DNA of 64,000 nt from Octopus sinensis (taxonomy: Eukaryota). Of this stretch, positions 52,876 to 64,000 are shown piece after piece. The translations under genes and the position numbers were made by a program. The stretch covers positions 61,814,001 through 61,878,000 of the forward strand of contig NC_043005.1 in the NCBI RefSeq assembly GCF_006345805.1. The letters run 5' to 3'. How positions within the stretch are numbered: position 1 is the stretch's first letter; each line of letters opens with the position of its first letter. Under the pieces are notes generated by a model that made no database searches, was not told the origin of the DNA, and saw only the letters and a program-made list of their open reading frames with translations.

Positions 52876-53429
52876 GCCCTGATGCAGTACCAGGCAATGG
52901 CTCTCATGGCTTCTGATCTTAACTGATTTGAAGTGTTATCGTGTACATTGATTTGTCTTGGTATAAAAGATGGGCTACAGCAAATATTCTGCTCAATACC
53001 ACAGATTTGCTTGTCAGTTGTTTGACCTTAACCAGTTGAGCATGTCCCTTAGTGGCTGACGATATGTGCATCTCTGATCACGAGCAGAAGTAGTGGGGGA
53101 GCATCATAGCCATGTGTTGAGAAGGATTCTTTGGGGTTTGAATAATTCACCTCTGGAAACATGGGTATTTCGTTCAACGTCCTTAAACAACCCTTATTCA
53201 GGGACCTTTTGAGCGGGATGAGTTACTCAAACTGAAGAAAATTCTAACTGGGCTCCACCTGCAAGGTCATGTGCTGTTTATCTTGATATGAGATCACCAT
53301 ATCGCGCACATATGGTTGTGATGCATGTGCCTGGTGTACCCTTATCAGACGGGTAGTCATGATGGGTATACTGGGCTTCGTATATTTTACCCCAGTGTCA
53401 CTTTGATGGCATGCTCTGCTCGCTCACTC

Positions 53430-53430
<1 letters not shown>
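52871..53430 (+). mobile_element. ~560-bp (TAA)n-embedded element, full length
   Basis: (AAT)n-TAAATGCCCTGATGCAGTACC...CGCTCACTCA-(ATA)n; reverse complement of the 16-kb copy. Confidence 0.85.
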
Positions 53431-53474
<44 letters not shown>

Positions 53475-54106
53475 CATTTCAAATTTTGCCACAAAGGCAG
53501 TAATTTTGGGGGAGAGGATGAGTCAATTATATCGTCATCATTGTCGTCGTCCCCCACCCCACTCCCCACCCCCCGTGATCAACAGGTACTTATTTTATCA
53601 ATCACGAAAGAATGAAAGGCAAAGTCAACCTCAGCAGAATATGAACTCAGAATGTAAAAACAAAAGAAATGGCCACTAAACATTATGCCCAGCATGCTAA
53701 TAATTCTGTCAACTCGCCATCTTAATAATAATAATAATAATAATCTATTCTACTATAGGCAAAATGCCTGAAATTTGTGGTGAGGGTAGTCAATTACATT
53801 GATCCTCAGTGTTCAATTTGTACTTAATTCGTTGACCACAAAAGGATGAACAACAAAGTCGACCTCAGTAGAATTATAGTAATAATCCTTTCTACTATAG
53901 GCACAAGGCCTGAAATTAGGGAGAGGGGGATAGTTGATTACATCGACATCAGTACTCACTCAACTGGTACTTATTTTATCAACCCCAAAAAGATGGAAGG
54001 CAAAATGGTCTTGGTGGAATTTAAACTCAGAACGTTAGAATGTTAGGACAAAATACTGATAAGCACTTTGCCTAGATGTGCTAACGATTCTGCCAGCTTG
54101 CTGCCC

Positions 54107-54138
<32 letters not shown>

Positions 54139-54436
54139 GTTGATTGCTACCTAACTCAGATACCAGGAAACCCCAAAATGGCAGAAATTCAAAAGATAGT
54201 GCTCATGGGAACTGCTCATATCCTACACAAAATACTTTCTATGTAATCTCAAGGTTTAAAACAAACATTTTTTTTTTTTAGATATCCACTAGTACAACAC
54301 AAAAAAAAAAAACAACCAAATATATGGCACACTAGGCATAACAACAACGTGAACTTCCAACCTGTTGTCTCTTGAGGTCTCTGGGTGAGACTTGGAGCCA
54401 ACTTGTACAAATATAAATCAAAAGTCAAACATAGAA
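54139..54436 (+). mobile_element. R4/Dong-clade LINE 3' end, 5'-truncated, in an (AAT)n tract
   Basis: EIQKIVLMGTAHILHKILSM* (end of the RLE domain) plus 3' UTR, flanked on both sides by (AAT)n. Confidence 0.8.
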
Positions 54437-54513
54437 TAATAATAATAATAATAATAATGTTTCTAATTTAAGCACAAGACCCTCAGTTTTTAGGAAAAGG
54501 CATTGGTTAATGT

Positions 54514-54881
54514 GGTGGAAGCATTCCGTCGGTTACGATGACGAGGGTTCCGGTTGATCCGATCAACGGAACAGCCTGCTCGTGAAATTAACGTGTAAGT
54601 GGCTGAGCACTCCACAGAACGTAGTTCTCGGGGATATTCAGCGTGACACAGAGTGACAAGGCCGGCCCTTTGAAATACAGGTACAACAGAAACAGGAAGT
54701 AAGAGTGAGAGAAAGTTGTGGTGAAAGAGTACAGCAGGGATCACCACCATCCCTGCCGGAGCCTTGTAGAGCTTTAGGTGTTTTCACTCAATAAACACTC
54801 ACAACGCCCGGTCTGGGAATCGAAACCGCAATCCTACGACCGCGAGTCCGCTGCCCTAACCACTGGGCCATTGCACCTCCA
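54514..54881 (-). mobile_element. SINE with family C head and a different body, 13-bp TSD
   Basis: TSD CATTGGTTAATGT at 54501-54513 and 54882-54894; body shared with 33747-34018. Confidence 0.85.
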
Positions 54882-56610
54882 CATTGGTTAATGTATTAAT
54901 GCAACGAATCCCAGTACATCACTGGTACTTTATTTTATCAACTTCAGAAGGATAAAAAGCAAAGTTAACCTCAATGGGATTACAGCTCAGAAAATACAAT
55001 CAAAAGACATTTTTTCTAATATGCTAGAAATTCAGCCAGCCCACCACCCCAATAAGGATATTTCTACCATAGACCCAAGGTCCTAAATTTTGAAGAAGAA
55101 GAGTTCACAGCTGATTATATTGATCACAGTATTCAACAAGTGCTTATTTTATCCAAAATGTAAAATAAACACCAGTGAAATTTGAACTCATAATATAATA
55201 TAAAAGGACCAAACTAAAATGAAAAAAAGCATTTTATCTGTTGCTCTACCGATTCTACCAACAACAATGCTTTTATTACACTGACACAATGGGAAAGGAG
55301 TACCAGTAAACATCGAAGAATCAGCACCAAGAAGGAAGAAATCTTCTTTACATACATTTATTCATTTGCCCAACAGGTAGTTAAAAAGACAGTAGTAATT
55401 GTAGTGATAGTGTAGAAAAAGTTGTCTGTCAGTAGAGAGTGAAAGAGTAAGGAATGCACGGTACTGACTAGAAAGGAAGAAAGGATAAAGTGGCATCACT
55501 TTTCTTGCAACCAAAAGCCTCTCTTTGCATGTTGCATGAAGGGTGAAGGGAAGTGCTGCTCTTGGTTAAGGATGACACAAAAGCAGCTGCTACCCCTTGG
55601 TCTGGCTGACACAAAAGTGGAAGAGATAGGAAATTCTCTGTTATATAGACTATGGTCAGTAATGTAGGTCAAACCTTAAACAAAGGACTGACCTTTCCTT
55701 GACCAGCACAGGTCCTAGGGTGTCAAGTGTTTCCTCATCAATCATCTAGTGTGGAGAGTATTTCCCGCTCATTTTAACAAGCAACAAGTGGGTGGATTTG
55801 GTTCAAATCTCAGGCAGGGTCAAGCTAGATCCCTACACATACCACTACATGTGAGAAACCTGCAAACCAACAATACTATTGTTTACCAAATTCATTAAGG
55901 CTGCATGGTTAAGAGGCTTACTTCACAACCATGTGCTCTTGGGTTCAGTCCCACTGCACAGCACCTTGGGTAGGCCGATCAGTTCTTTGTGAGTGGATTT
56001 GGTAGATAGAAAATGAAAGAAGCCTGTCATGTATGCATGCATGTACTTGTGTGTTTTTGTCTCTGTCTCCCATCACCACATGACAACCAGTCTTAGTTTG
56101 TTTACATCCTTATAACTTAATGATTCAATAAAAAATTTGACCAATAGAATAAGTACCAGGCTGAAAATAAATAAGTACTGGGTTGATTTTGTTTGATTAA
56201 AATTATTAGATTGGTGCCCTGCCCTTCATCATCATCTTCATTTAATGTCTGTTGTCCATGCTGGCATGGGTTAGAAGGCTGCGCCAGGCTCCAATCTGAT
56301 TTGGCATGGTTTTCAACAGCTAGATGCCCTTCCTAATGCCAACCACTCTGAGAGTGTAATGAGTGCTTTTATGTGTTACTGGCATGGGTGCCATTAGCGT
56401 GATACTGGTATCTTCCATGACTGCAATTTTGCTTTGCTTGATGGGTCTTCTTCTCAAGCACAACATAATGCCAAAGGTCTTGGTCATTGCCTCCATGAGG
56501 CCCAACACTTGAAAGAAACTCAGCCACTTTGCCTCCATGAGGCCCAATGCTCGAAAGAAAGTCAGCCTTCTCAGAAATAAATTAAATTTGTCATCTCTAA
56601 TCAACTCAAA

Positions 56611-56943
56611 GTGAAGGTGCATTGCTCAGTGGTTAGAGCATCGGGCTCACAATCGTGAGGTTGTGAGTTCAATTCCCGGGCCAGGCTGTGTGTTGTGTCC
56701 TTGGGCAAGACACTTTATTTTACATTGCTCCAGTTCACTCAGCTGTAGAAATGAGTTATGACGTCACTGTATCAAGTTGTGTTAGCCTTTGCCTTTCCCT
56801 TGGACAACATTAGTGGCTTGCAGAGAGGAGACTGGTATGCATAGGCGACTGCTGGTCTTCCATAAACAACTTTGCCCAGACTTGTGTCTCAAAGGGTAAC
56901 TTTCTAGGTGCAATCCCATGGTCATTCATGACCGAAGGAGGTC
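56611..56943 (+). mobile_element. tRNA-derived SINE (family D head, third tail type)
   Basis: Tail GGTGCAATCCCATGGTCATTCATGACCGAAGG; an inverted copy lies at about 36290-36600. Confidence 0.75.
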
Positions 56944-59047
56944 ATTTTTTTTTTTTATAATCGACATGGAAAGCTAAATTAAAACAGCATAAAGTCAGTG
57001 AAATGAAATAGATCATAAACAATGGATTTGTAACGTAAACTGTTATATTAATCAGTGCAATTTTAGCAGCATTATAGACTGCCACCCCCACTTCCTTGAC
57101 AAAGTAATGCACTAGACCCCTGCATATACAACAGCAACATGCATAGTTTAGCATTGGTCCCCTGAACCAGCAGGAACCCTGGAGGAGCATGCTCAGTACA
57201 TCTCTGCTTTGCAACAGCTCTGACATTAACATGTAAACATTTAAAGAAACAAGGTCTCTATACATAGGCGTGGCTGTATGATAAATGTTACTGCCCAACC
57301 TTGTGGTCTAGGGTTCAATTCCACAATGTGGTATCCCAAATCGACCAAAACCTTATGAGAGGATTTGATAGATGGAAACTGAAAAGAAGGTCCTCATGTG
57401 TGAGTGTGTCTTTGTGCATGTCCTTCACAACCACTTGACAACTGGTGCAGGTTTGTTTATGTCCCCGTAACTTATAGGTTCAATAAAAACTGACCGGTTG
57501 AATAAGTACCTGGTTTTAAAAAATATATACTGGGGTGATTCATTTTGACCAATACCCTTCAACGCGATGCCCTAGTATGGCCACAGTCTAATGATTGAAA
57601 CAAGTAACAGATAAATGATGTGAGTGTGCGTGCGTGTGTGTAAACGGTTTATAAACAGACCCGAAATAATCGAATATTCATTTTTTATAATGAAAATATA
57701 CACCTAACTATAAGAACTACAAAAATATAATTTAAAATGTTGACATATAGACATGTTTCTACAATTATATAATAAAAAAAAGAATTTTGGGACGTCTTAA
57801 GATTTAAATAAAAACTTAATCTGGTTTTTGTTTACATAAAAAATTATTAAAAGGGAAAATCATTCCCCCATCACACATACACACCACAACAAGAACTATT
57901 AATTTAGTAAACGCAATTGAAGCGACGACCTGGTAAACTCGTTAACACGCTGAGCAAAATATTTAGCAGTATTTCTCCCGTCTGTAGGTTTTGAGTTCAA
58001 ATTCTACTGCAGTCATTTTAATCGATTTACAGGTTCCCCCAAAATTGCTAGAATTTTGCCAAAATTTGAAACCGATTTAGTAAAGTGATATATCTTTCCT
58101 ACTCATTTCAGTACATAAAAAATTCTTGTAACTATTTTTGAAATTTATTATAAACCCAAAAAGTTATTGTCGCTTATTTAGCTGGATTTTGTGTGTGTGT
58201 GTGTGTGGTTAATAAATGAATGGATTGAGTAAAATGTTTTCTCGACTGAAATATTATTTTCGTCAGGAAAAAAAAACTTTTTATTTTCAATTGACTTATT
58301 TATTTTTATCCCAATCATTGAGGTGTGTGAAAAATATATATTCTTGGGGTAAGGCCTTCCTTTACATTCTAGGTTTTGAAAACGAAACTTAAGCTCAGCC
58401 CCGGGAAAAAGCGAGTTGGGATAATAAATAAATGGACACAGGTGCGACTGTGTGGTAAGAAGTTTACTTCCAAACCACATGTTTGGCACCATGGACAGAT
58501 GTCTTCTGCTATAGCCCCGGGCCGACCAAAGCCTCAGGAGTGGATTCGGTAGAGGGACACTGAAAGACGGCTGTCGTGTGTGTCTGTCTGTGTTTGTCCC
58601 CCACCACCGCTTGACAACTGGTGTTGGCATGTTTACGTCCCATAACTTATCGGCTCAGCAAAAAGTTATATGGAATAAGTACCAGACTTTAAAAAAAGTT
58701 CTGAGATTGATTTGTTTGACTAAACTTTCTTGGCGGTGCTCCAGCAAGGGCGCAGTCTAACGACTGAAAAAAAGAAGGATAAAAGATACATATATGTATG
58801 TATATAGAATATGTATGTATCTGTCACTGACAACCGGTGCTAGTTAGTAATGAAGCGGTTCGGCAAAGAGCGATCGACAGAACAAGTATCAGGCTTTTAA
58901 AAAATGTATATACAAGTACTGGGAGGGGGGTGCGATTCGTTCGAGTAAAACCCTTCAAAACGGTGCAACAGCATTGCCGCCGCAGTCCAAAAACAGAAGC
59001 AAGTAAAAAGATGAAAAATAACAGGAACTTTGTCAAAAGTTACTCAC

Positions 59048-59144
59048 CTCTTTCTGTTACCCGGCTTGGAGTTGCTTCCAATAAAATGAAAGTGGATGCT
59101 GATAGAAAGACAATAAGAGCAATAAATCGACAACAGTACTTCAT
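59048..59144 (-). CDS. EGFR: EGFR-like coding exon 1, signal peptide
   Basis: ATG at 59144 gives MKYCCRFIALIVFLSASTFILLEATPSRVTER: basic N-terminus, hydrophobic core, probable LEA|T cleavage. Donor G|GTGAGT, phase 1; G+TT makes Val before CLGT of exon 2. Confidence 0.88.
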
Positions 59145-59500
59145 CCTTGCTTACGTCGATCTCAGCTTTCAGTTTTCAACATACAACTTTTCGTTTTCCT
59201 CTTATTATTTTTTTTTTCTTCCCAAATTATTGCTGCTAGTGTGTCAACGTTAGTCCCCAATCAACCGCCTAATTCGGTTTCGTCATTACATGTTGCAGTC
59301 TTTTGTTTCTTTTCTTTTTCTATTATTTGAACGAAATGTTTGGCAGTATAGTTTTTTTAATGTTATTCCACTTCGGTTTTGTTATTCTTTGCCCTACCCT
59401 TTCTTATATATTTTAGTTTGTATTTTATTATTTTTTTATTTTTATTTTTCCTCCTCCTCCTCCTGTTCGCTCTGTCAAATACGCCATCCATCCATCGTTG
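59145..59500 (-). promoter_or_regulatory. Probable 5' UTR / proximal promoter of the EGFR-like gene
   Basis: Unique DNA directly upstream of the ATG with visibly more CpG than the introns. CCAAT at 59257-59261 beside an AGGCGG GC-box-like motif (minus strand). TSS cannot be determined from sequence. Confidence 0.4.
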
Positions 59501-62500
59501 GGTGTATTATGTTATAACGTTAGAAAAAGTACACTCCCTAAGTTTCAAATTATGCCTTAAAAACGATGAAGATTATGTGTTTGGGTGCGTGCGCGCGCGT
59601 GTGAGACAGAAAAATTAAGTCGGTGGTATCAGGTAAAGAATTTAATAAATTCTTGAAAAAATAAACATAAACTAAAATTTCTGCTATAATGAGAAAAATG
59701 TAAATAGAACAATTTTTTTTTATTATTTCTTCTTTCTTTTCTCACTTATTCCATTATATTTCTTTTCAAATTTCTTTTTGTGTATATGTTTGCTCTTTTA
59801 AAGCAATTAAATTAAGGTGCGATTGTTTTTTCTTTTTTATGATATATGTAACAGTTATATTCTTCTAGTATATTTCCTAAGACAAATCTACATTATTGAT
59901 ATCATCATACTAGATGCTATTTTGAAAAAGAAAACAAAAATCTATAAGTTGCATAGATAATATCTATGCCAAAACGAAATTGGAATTGTTGGTTAATTAA
60001 TCTATTGACTAATGTTTACGAGCGATCATACTTTATCAGAAAAAATGATATACACGTGTTCGTGTGAGTATATTATACATGTATACAGAGAGAGAGAGAA
60101 AGAGAGTTATTGAAAGGCCTTAAAGAAAAAACAAAAATTAAACCTAGACGAAATATAAACAGTAAGGAATTTTCAAATTTTGTGTTTATATATATATGAA
60201 TGATTTGAAATACAATTTACTCGGCAGTTATAAAATGTATTGCTTTACTATTCTCAATATTTGCAAGTTATATGTCTGTGTAAGGCTTAAAGATCTTAGA
60301 ATTAAAGAAAACTTTCTTCAAGCAACGCCCGTAACTGTTTCGGTAACACTAGCTAATTTGCGGATGGTGGTGCTACTGCTGCTGCTATTATTTGTAAAAG
60401 GTTGGCACCAGCTTCGTTTAAACATGTGTATCATACATATTCATTATCTTTCATTATCGTTTTTTTTTTCTAGTTGATTACTTCTAAATGATAAGAGGAA
60501 GAAGAAAGTAATAAAACGGAAGAAAAAAAACAGGCTTTCGTTTAGTCGTGTCAAAAGTTGAAGATGTTGGTTAACAACAATAACGATGAATGAGAATGGA
60601 AGCCTTTTTTTTTTTTCTCTTTTTCGCCTGTCGACTGAAGTCAGAAAAGTCGAGCAGTGTGTTTAATAAATTGGATGGAGACCAATAAGAAGACATTGCT
60701 GAGAGAGGGAGAGTGGAAGAAAGTCAATCTGAGAAGGGAAGTGGCATTGTCTCACTACAGTGCAACAACCGTTATGTATGTTAGTGTGTGTGTGATTCGT
60801 TAAATGGGACAAAAGAGGAAAGCAGCGAAGAATTGTTTTTAGAAAGGATAACGAGGAATTTATTGCCATTTTTGTTTGTTTTGTATTCCTATGGCAAGAA
60901 TAATGTCATTTTGCAAGAAATTAAGAGTTTCGTCTTTCTTGAAAGCCTCGTCAGGATGCGTTCACTTCCTCTTACCTGCTATGTAACTCGAGTGATGTTA
61001 CTTCATCTTGTTGTGATGATGGTTACGTCCCAATATGTATATGTATATGACAGTAACCTCCCCTTCTATCACCTTCCCTAAGTAAATCAAACTATAGAAA
61101 TTTTGACTAATTATAATTTCAAGAGGAAAAAAAATAAACAGAACCTTATTATCATACTGAAACTCAAGATGGAAACAACGACCTTAAGATCTTTAGACAA
61201 ATGCTTTCTCAAATAAGCTATTTAATCCATTTACTGTAGAAAATAGATATATATTTACTCAAAACTCCATTGCCCTAATCTGCAGAAGGCAGTTATTGAA
61301 ACCAATCTATCTTTTGTTGAAGAATGTCATGTTTGAAACTATTTTTTCTTGCGATAAGTCAACTGTATTGGAGCAATATGACCTGCAGAAGGTACCGATT
61401 TAATTTTGCAGTAAATGGGTTAACTAATTGTAAATAGCCTCATACTTTGTAATAATAATTATCTACAGTCATTGAATGAGAAAAATTTAGTAATGTATAA
61501 TAAACAAAATACATTAAATAATCCTGTCTTATTTCTTTATTACCCACAAGGGGCTAAACACAGAGAGGACAGACAAACGGATTAAGTCGATTACATCGAC
61601 CTCAGTGCATAACTAGTACTTAATTTATCGGCCCCGAAAGGATGAAAGGCAAAGTTGACCTTGCAGAATTTGAACTCGGAATGTAACGGCAGACAAAATA
61701 CTGCTAAGCATTTCGCCCGGCAGTCTAACGTTTCTGCCAGTTCGCTGTCTTTCTACCACAGGTACAAGGCCTGAAATTGGGGCAGGAGGAAGGAGCTAGT
61801 TAACAACATCGACTCCAATATGCAACTGGTACTTATTTTGACCCCCAAGTGGATGAAAGGCAAAGTTGACCTCAGTAGAATTTTGGCACAGAATGCAAAG
61901 ACAGGTGAAATGCCACTAAGCATTTTACCTGGCGGGCTAACGATTTTGCCAGCTCACTGCTATAAAATACATTAAATAATGGTTTCAAGTTTTGGCAAAA
62001 GGCCAGCAAGTTTGGGCGAGGGGTAAGTCAATTACTTTGCTCCCCCAGTGCTCAAATGGTACTAATTCTATCAACCTTGAAAGGATGAAAGGCAAAGTCG
62101 ACCTCAGTGGCATTTGAACTCAGAACATAAAGATTGCTGAAATGCCACTTGCTAAGCATTTTACCCAGCAAGCTAATGATTCTGCCAGCTTGCTGCCATA
62201 AAATACATTAAATAATGGCCAGAGGATAGAACTCATTCCAAATTAAAAATGAATAAAAATTTTAGGGTTTGTGTTGTCTTTAAACAATATTGTTACATGA
62301 TTTCTGTTACATGATTTAGATTTATCTAATGGCACAGATATATTGGAATTTTTTTCTAATACTCTTCTTAACACTCAAACATCAAATGCCATCAGATATG
62401 TTAGGGTTGTCACTTGACCAGCTGAAAATAGTAGCTGCCCCTCTCAAAAATTTCACTCTTAAATAATGATTATAGAACAGAGTTCCTGATATACAAAGAT

Positions 62501-62684
62501 ATCACAACAGGAATGCCTTAAATCACAGTTTTTTTTTTCAACAATGACTTATCTAGGACTAGGTGACAGCACTAAAGTTTACTTCCAGCCAAGAACAGAA
62601 GGACTCTATACAGGCACAGGACCTACTAGATATAGTGGTCAAATTTCTCTCAAATCACACACACTAATGATAAAGTTAGAGATA

Positions 62685-62946
62685 AAAATAAAAATAAATG
62701 TGGCCTTTTAAGGCCTAGCCAGGCTCATGGGCCTGTTTTCCCGGTTTTTGTGGCGTATGTGTTTCCCAGCTGGACGGTACGCCAGTCCATCACAGTGTTA
62801 CTCATTTTTGCCAGCTGAGTGGACTGGAGCAACGTGAAATGAAGTGTTTTGCTCAAGAACACAATGTGTTACCCGGTCCAGGAATCGAAACCACAATCTT
62901 ACAATCATGGTGCTGACACCCTAACCACTAAGCCACGTGCCTCCAC
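62685..62946 (-). mobile_element. tRNA-derived SINE with V-domain-like core, 13-bp TSD
   Basis: TSD AAAGTTAGAGATA at 62672-62684 and 62947-62959; GATGGACTGGCG..CGTCCAG resembles the V-SINE core. Confidence 0.75.
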
Positions 62947-64000
62947 AAAGTTAGAGATACCTTGGAAAATGTAGTTCCATACATACACATAAGGTATGTG
63001 TGTGTGAAGGCGCGTACCCTAATGTTTAGTATGTTACACTCACAATTGCTAGATCTTGAGTTCAATTCCCACAGTGAGCAGCACATTGTATTCTTGAGCA
63101 AAACATTTCATTTCACATTGCTCAACATCCATTTCAACATCTGACATGTAGCACATTTGTGCACTAGTATAGACAATGTAAACTAATGTAAAGCATACAC
63201 ATTTGGTCACTATAAACAAATCCTTTGTGCAGATCATTCAGCAACAACTGAACACTCACACATCTTTCACTGGAAACATTCCATCATAGATGTGTGTGTG
63301 TAGGTGTAGGCATGGCTATGTGGTAGAAAGTTTGCTTCCTTACCACATGGTTCTACATTCAATCACTCTGTGTGACACATTGGGCAAGTGTCTTCTGCTA
63401 TAGCCTTGAGTGGATTTGGTAGATGGAAAGACACCTGTTGTATGTGTGTGCGCGCGTGTCTTTGTGCATGTGGTTGTCTCATAGCACAAGTTTCACACCA
63501 TTGTTATCTTCAGTTCTCACCTGAAGAATGCAGCATGAATGTTGTACAGCAATTCTTAAATTCAGTTTCAATAGAGAAAAAAAACGTCTTCTAGAATTGG
63601 GCATTCCTCTCTCATTTGTCAAACATAAACCAACATACATATGTATGTATGCAGATACTTACAAACATGCATACACATGTACGTATAACATATATATATA
63701 TATATATATATAATATAAATGATATAAATAATATATAAATATATGCATATCACGTGATCACGGGACCGACCAGACCATCAGATGTTGTTACACATCGCTG
63801 GTCACAATGTGTTTGCATTGTTTTAGCCTTCGAATGACGCCACCCCGCTGGCTAAGCGAGCAGGCCAACAGACGAAAGAGTGGTGAAAGAGTACAGCAGG
63901 GATCACCACCCCCTGCCGGAGCCTCGTGAAGCTTTTAGGTGTTTTCGCTCAATAAACACTCACAACGCCCGGCCTGGGAATCGAAACCGCAATCCTACGA

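Noticed and set aside
53060-53110. CTGACGA hammerhead-like core inside the 560-bp element
   Set aside because: No stem II followed by GAAA. I also could not fit an HDV-like fold to the element's 5' end by eye.
58837-59253. 138-aa plus-strand ORF overlapping exon 1
   Set aside because: Composed of SINE sequence plus the antisense of the signal-peptide exon.

Overview
AT-rich, repeat-dense animal genomic DNA. The SINE, LINE and microsatellite repertoire points to a cephalopod (Octopus-like) genome; the species is inferred, not proven. The one host gene is an EGFR/ErbB-family receptor tyrosine kinase on the minus strand. Five coding exons can be joined by hand through GT-AG sites in matching phases: 59144-59048, 26037-25678, 19044-18913, 17405-17322 and 17065-16944. 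They give 795 nt (265 aa): signal peptide, receptor L1 domain and the first half of the furin-like Cys-rich domain. Intron 1 is 33 kb. I could not find the next exon in the remaining 16.9 kb. The rest is intronic or upstream DNA holding several tRNA-derived SINE families, relics of RTE, R4/Dong, HERO-like and Penelope retroelements, mariner and Helitron relics, MITEs and microsatellites. Almost all ORFs in the supplied track are microsatellite or transposon artefacts. Four observations most deserve follow-up. (1) A discrete ~560-bp element with no tRNA head and no TIRs sits in (TAA)n tracts and shows retroposon-like 5' truncation. (2) Short (TA)n-embedded elements carry Penelope-type minimal hammerhead ribozyme motifs. 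(3) The receptor is divergent, with an extra CxxC in L1. (4) Old SINE copies next to exon 1 retain their CpGs.
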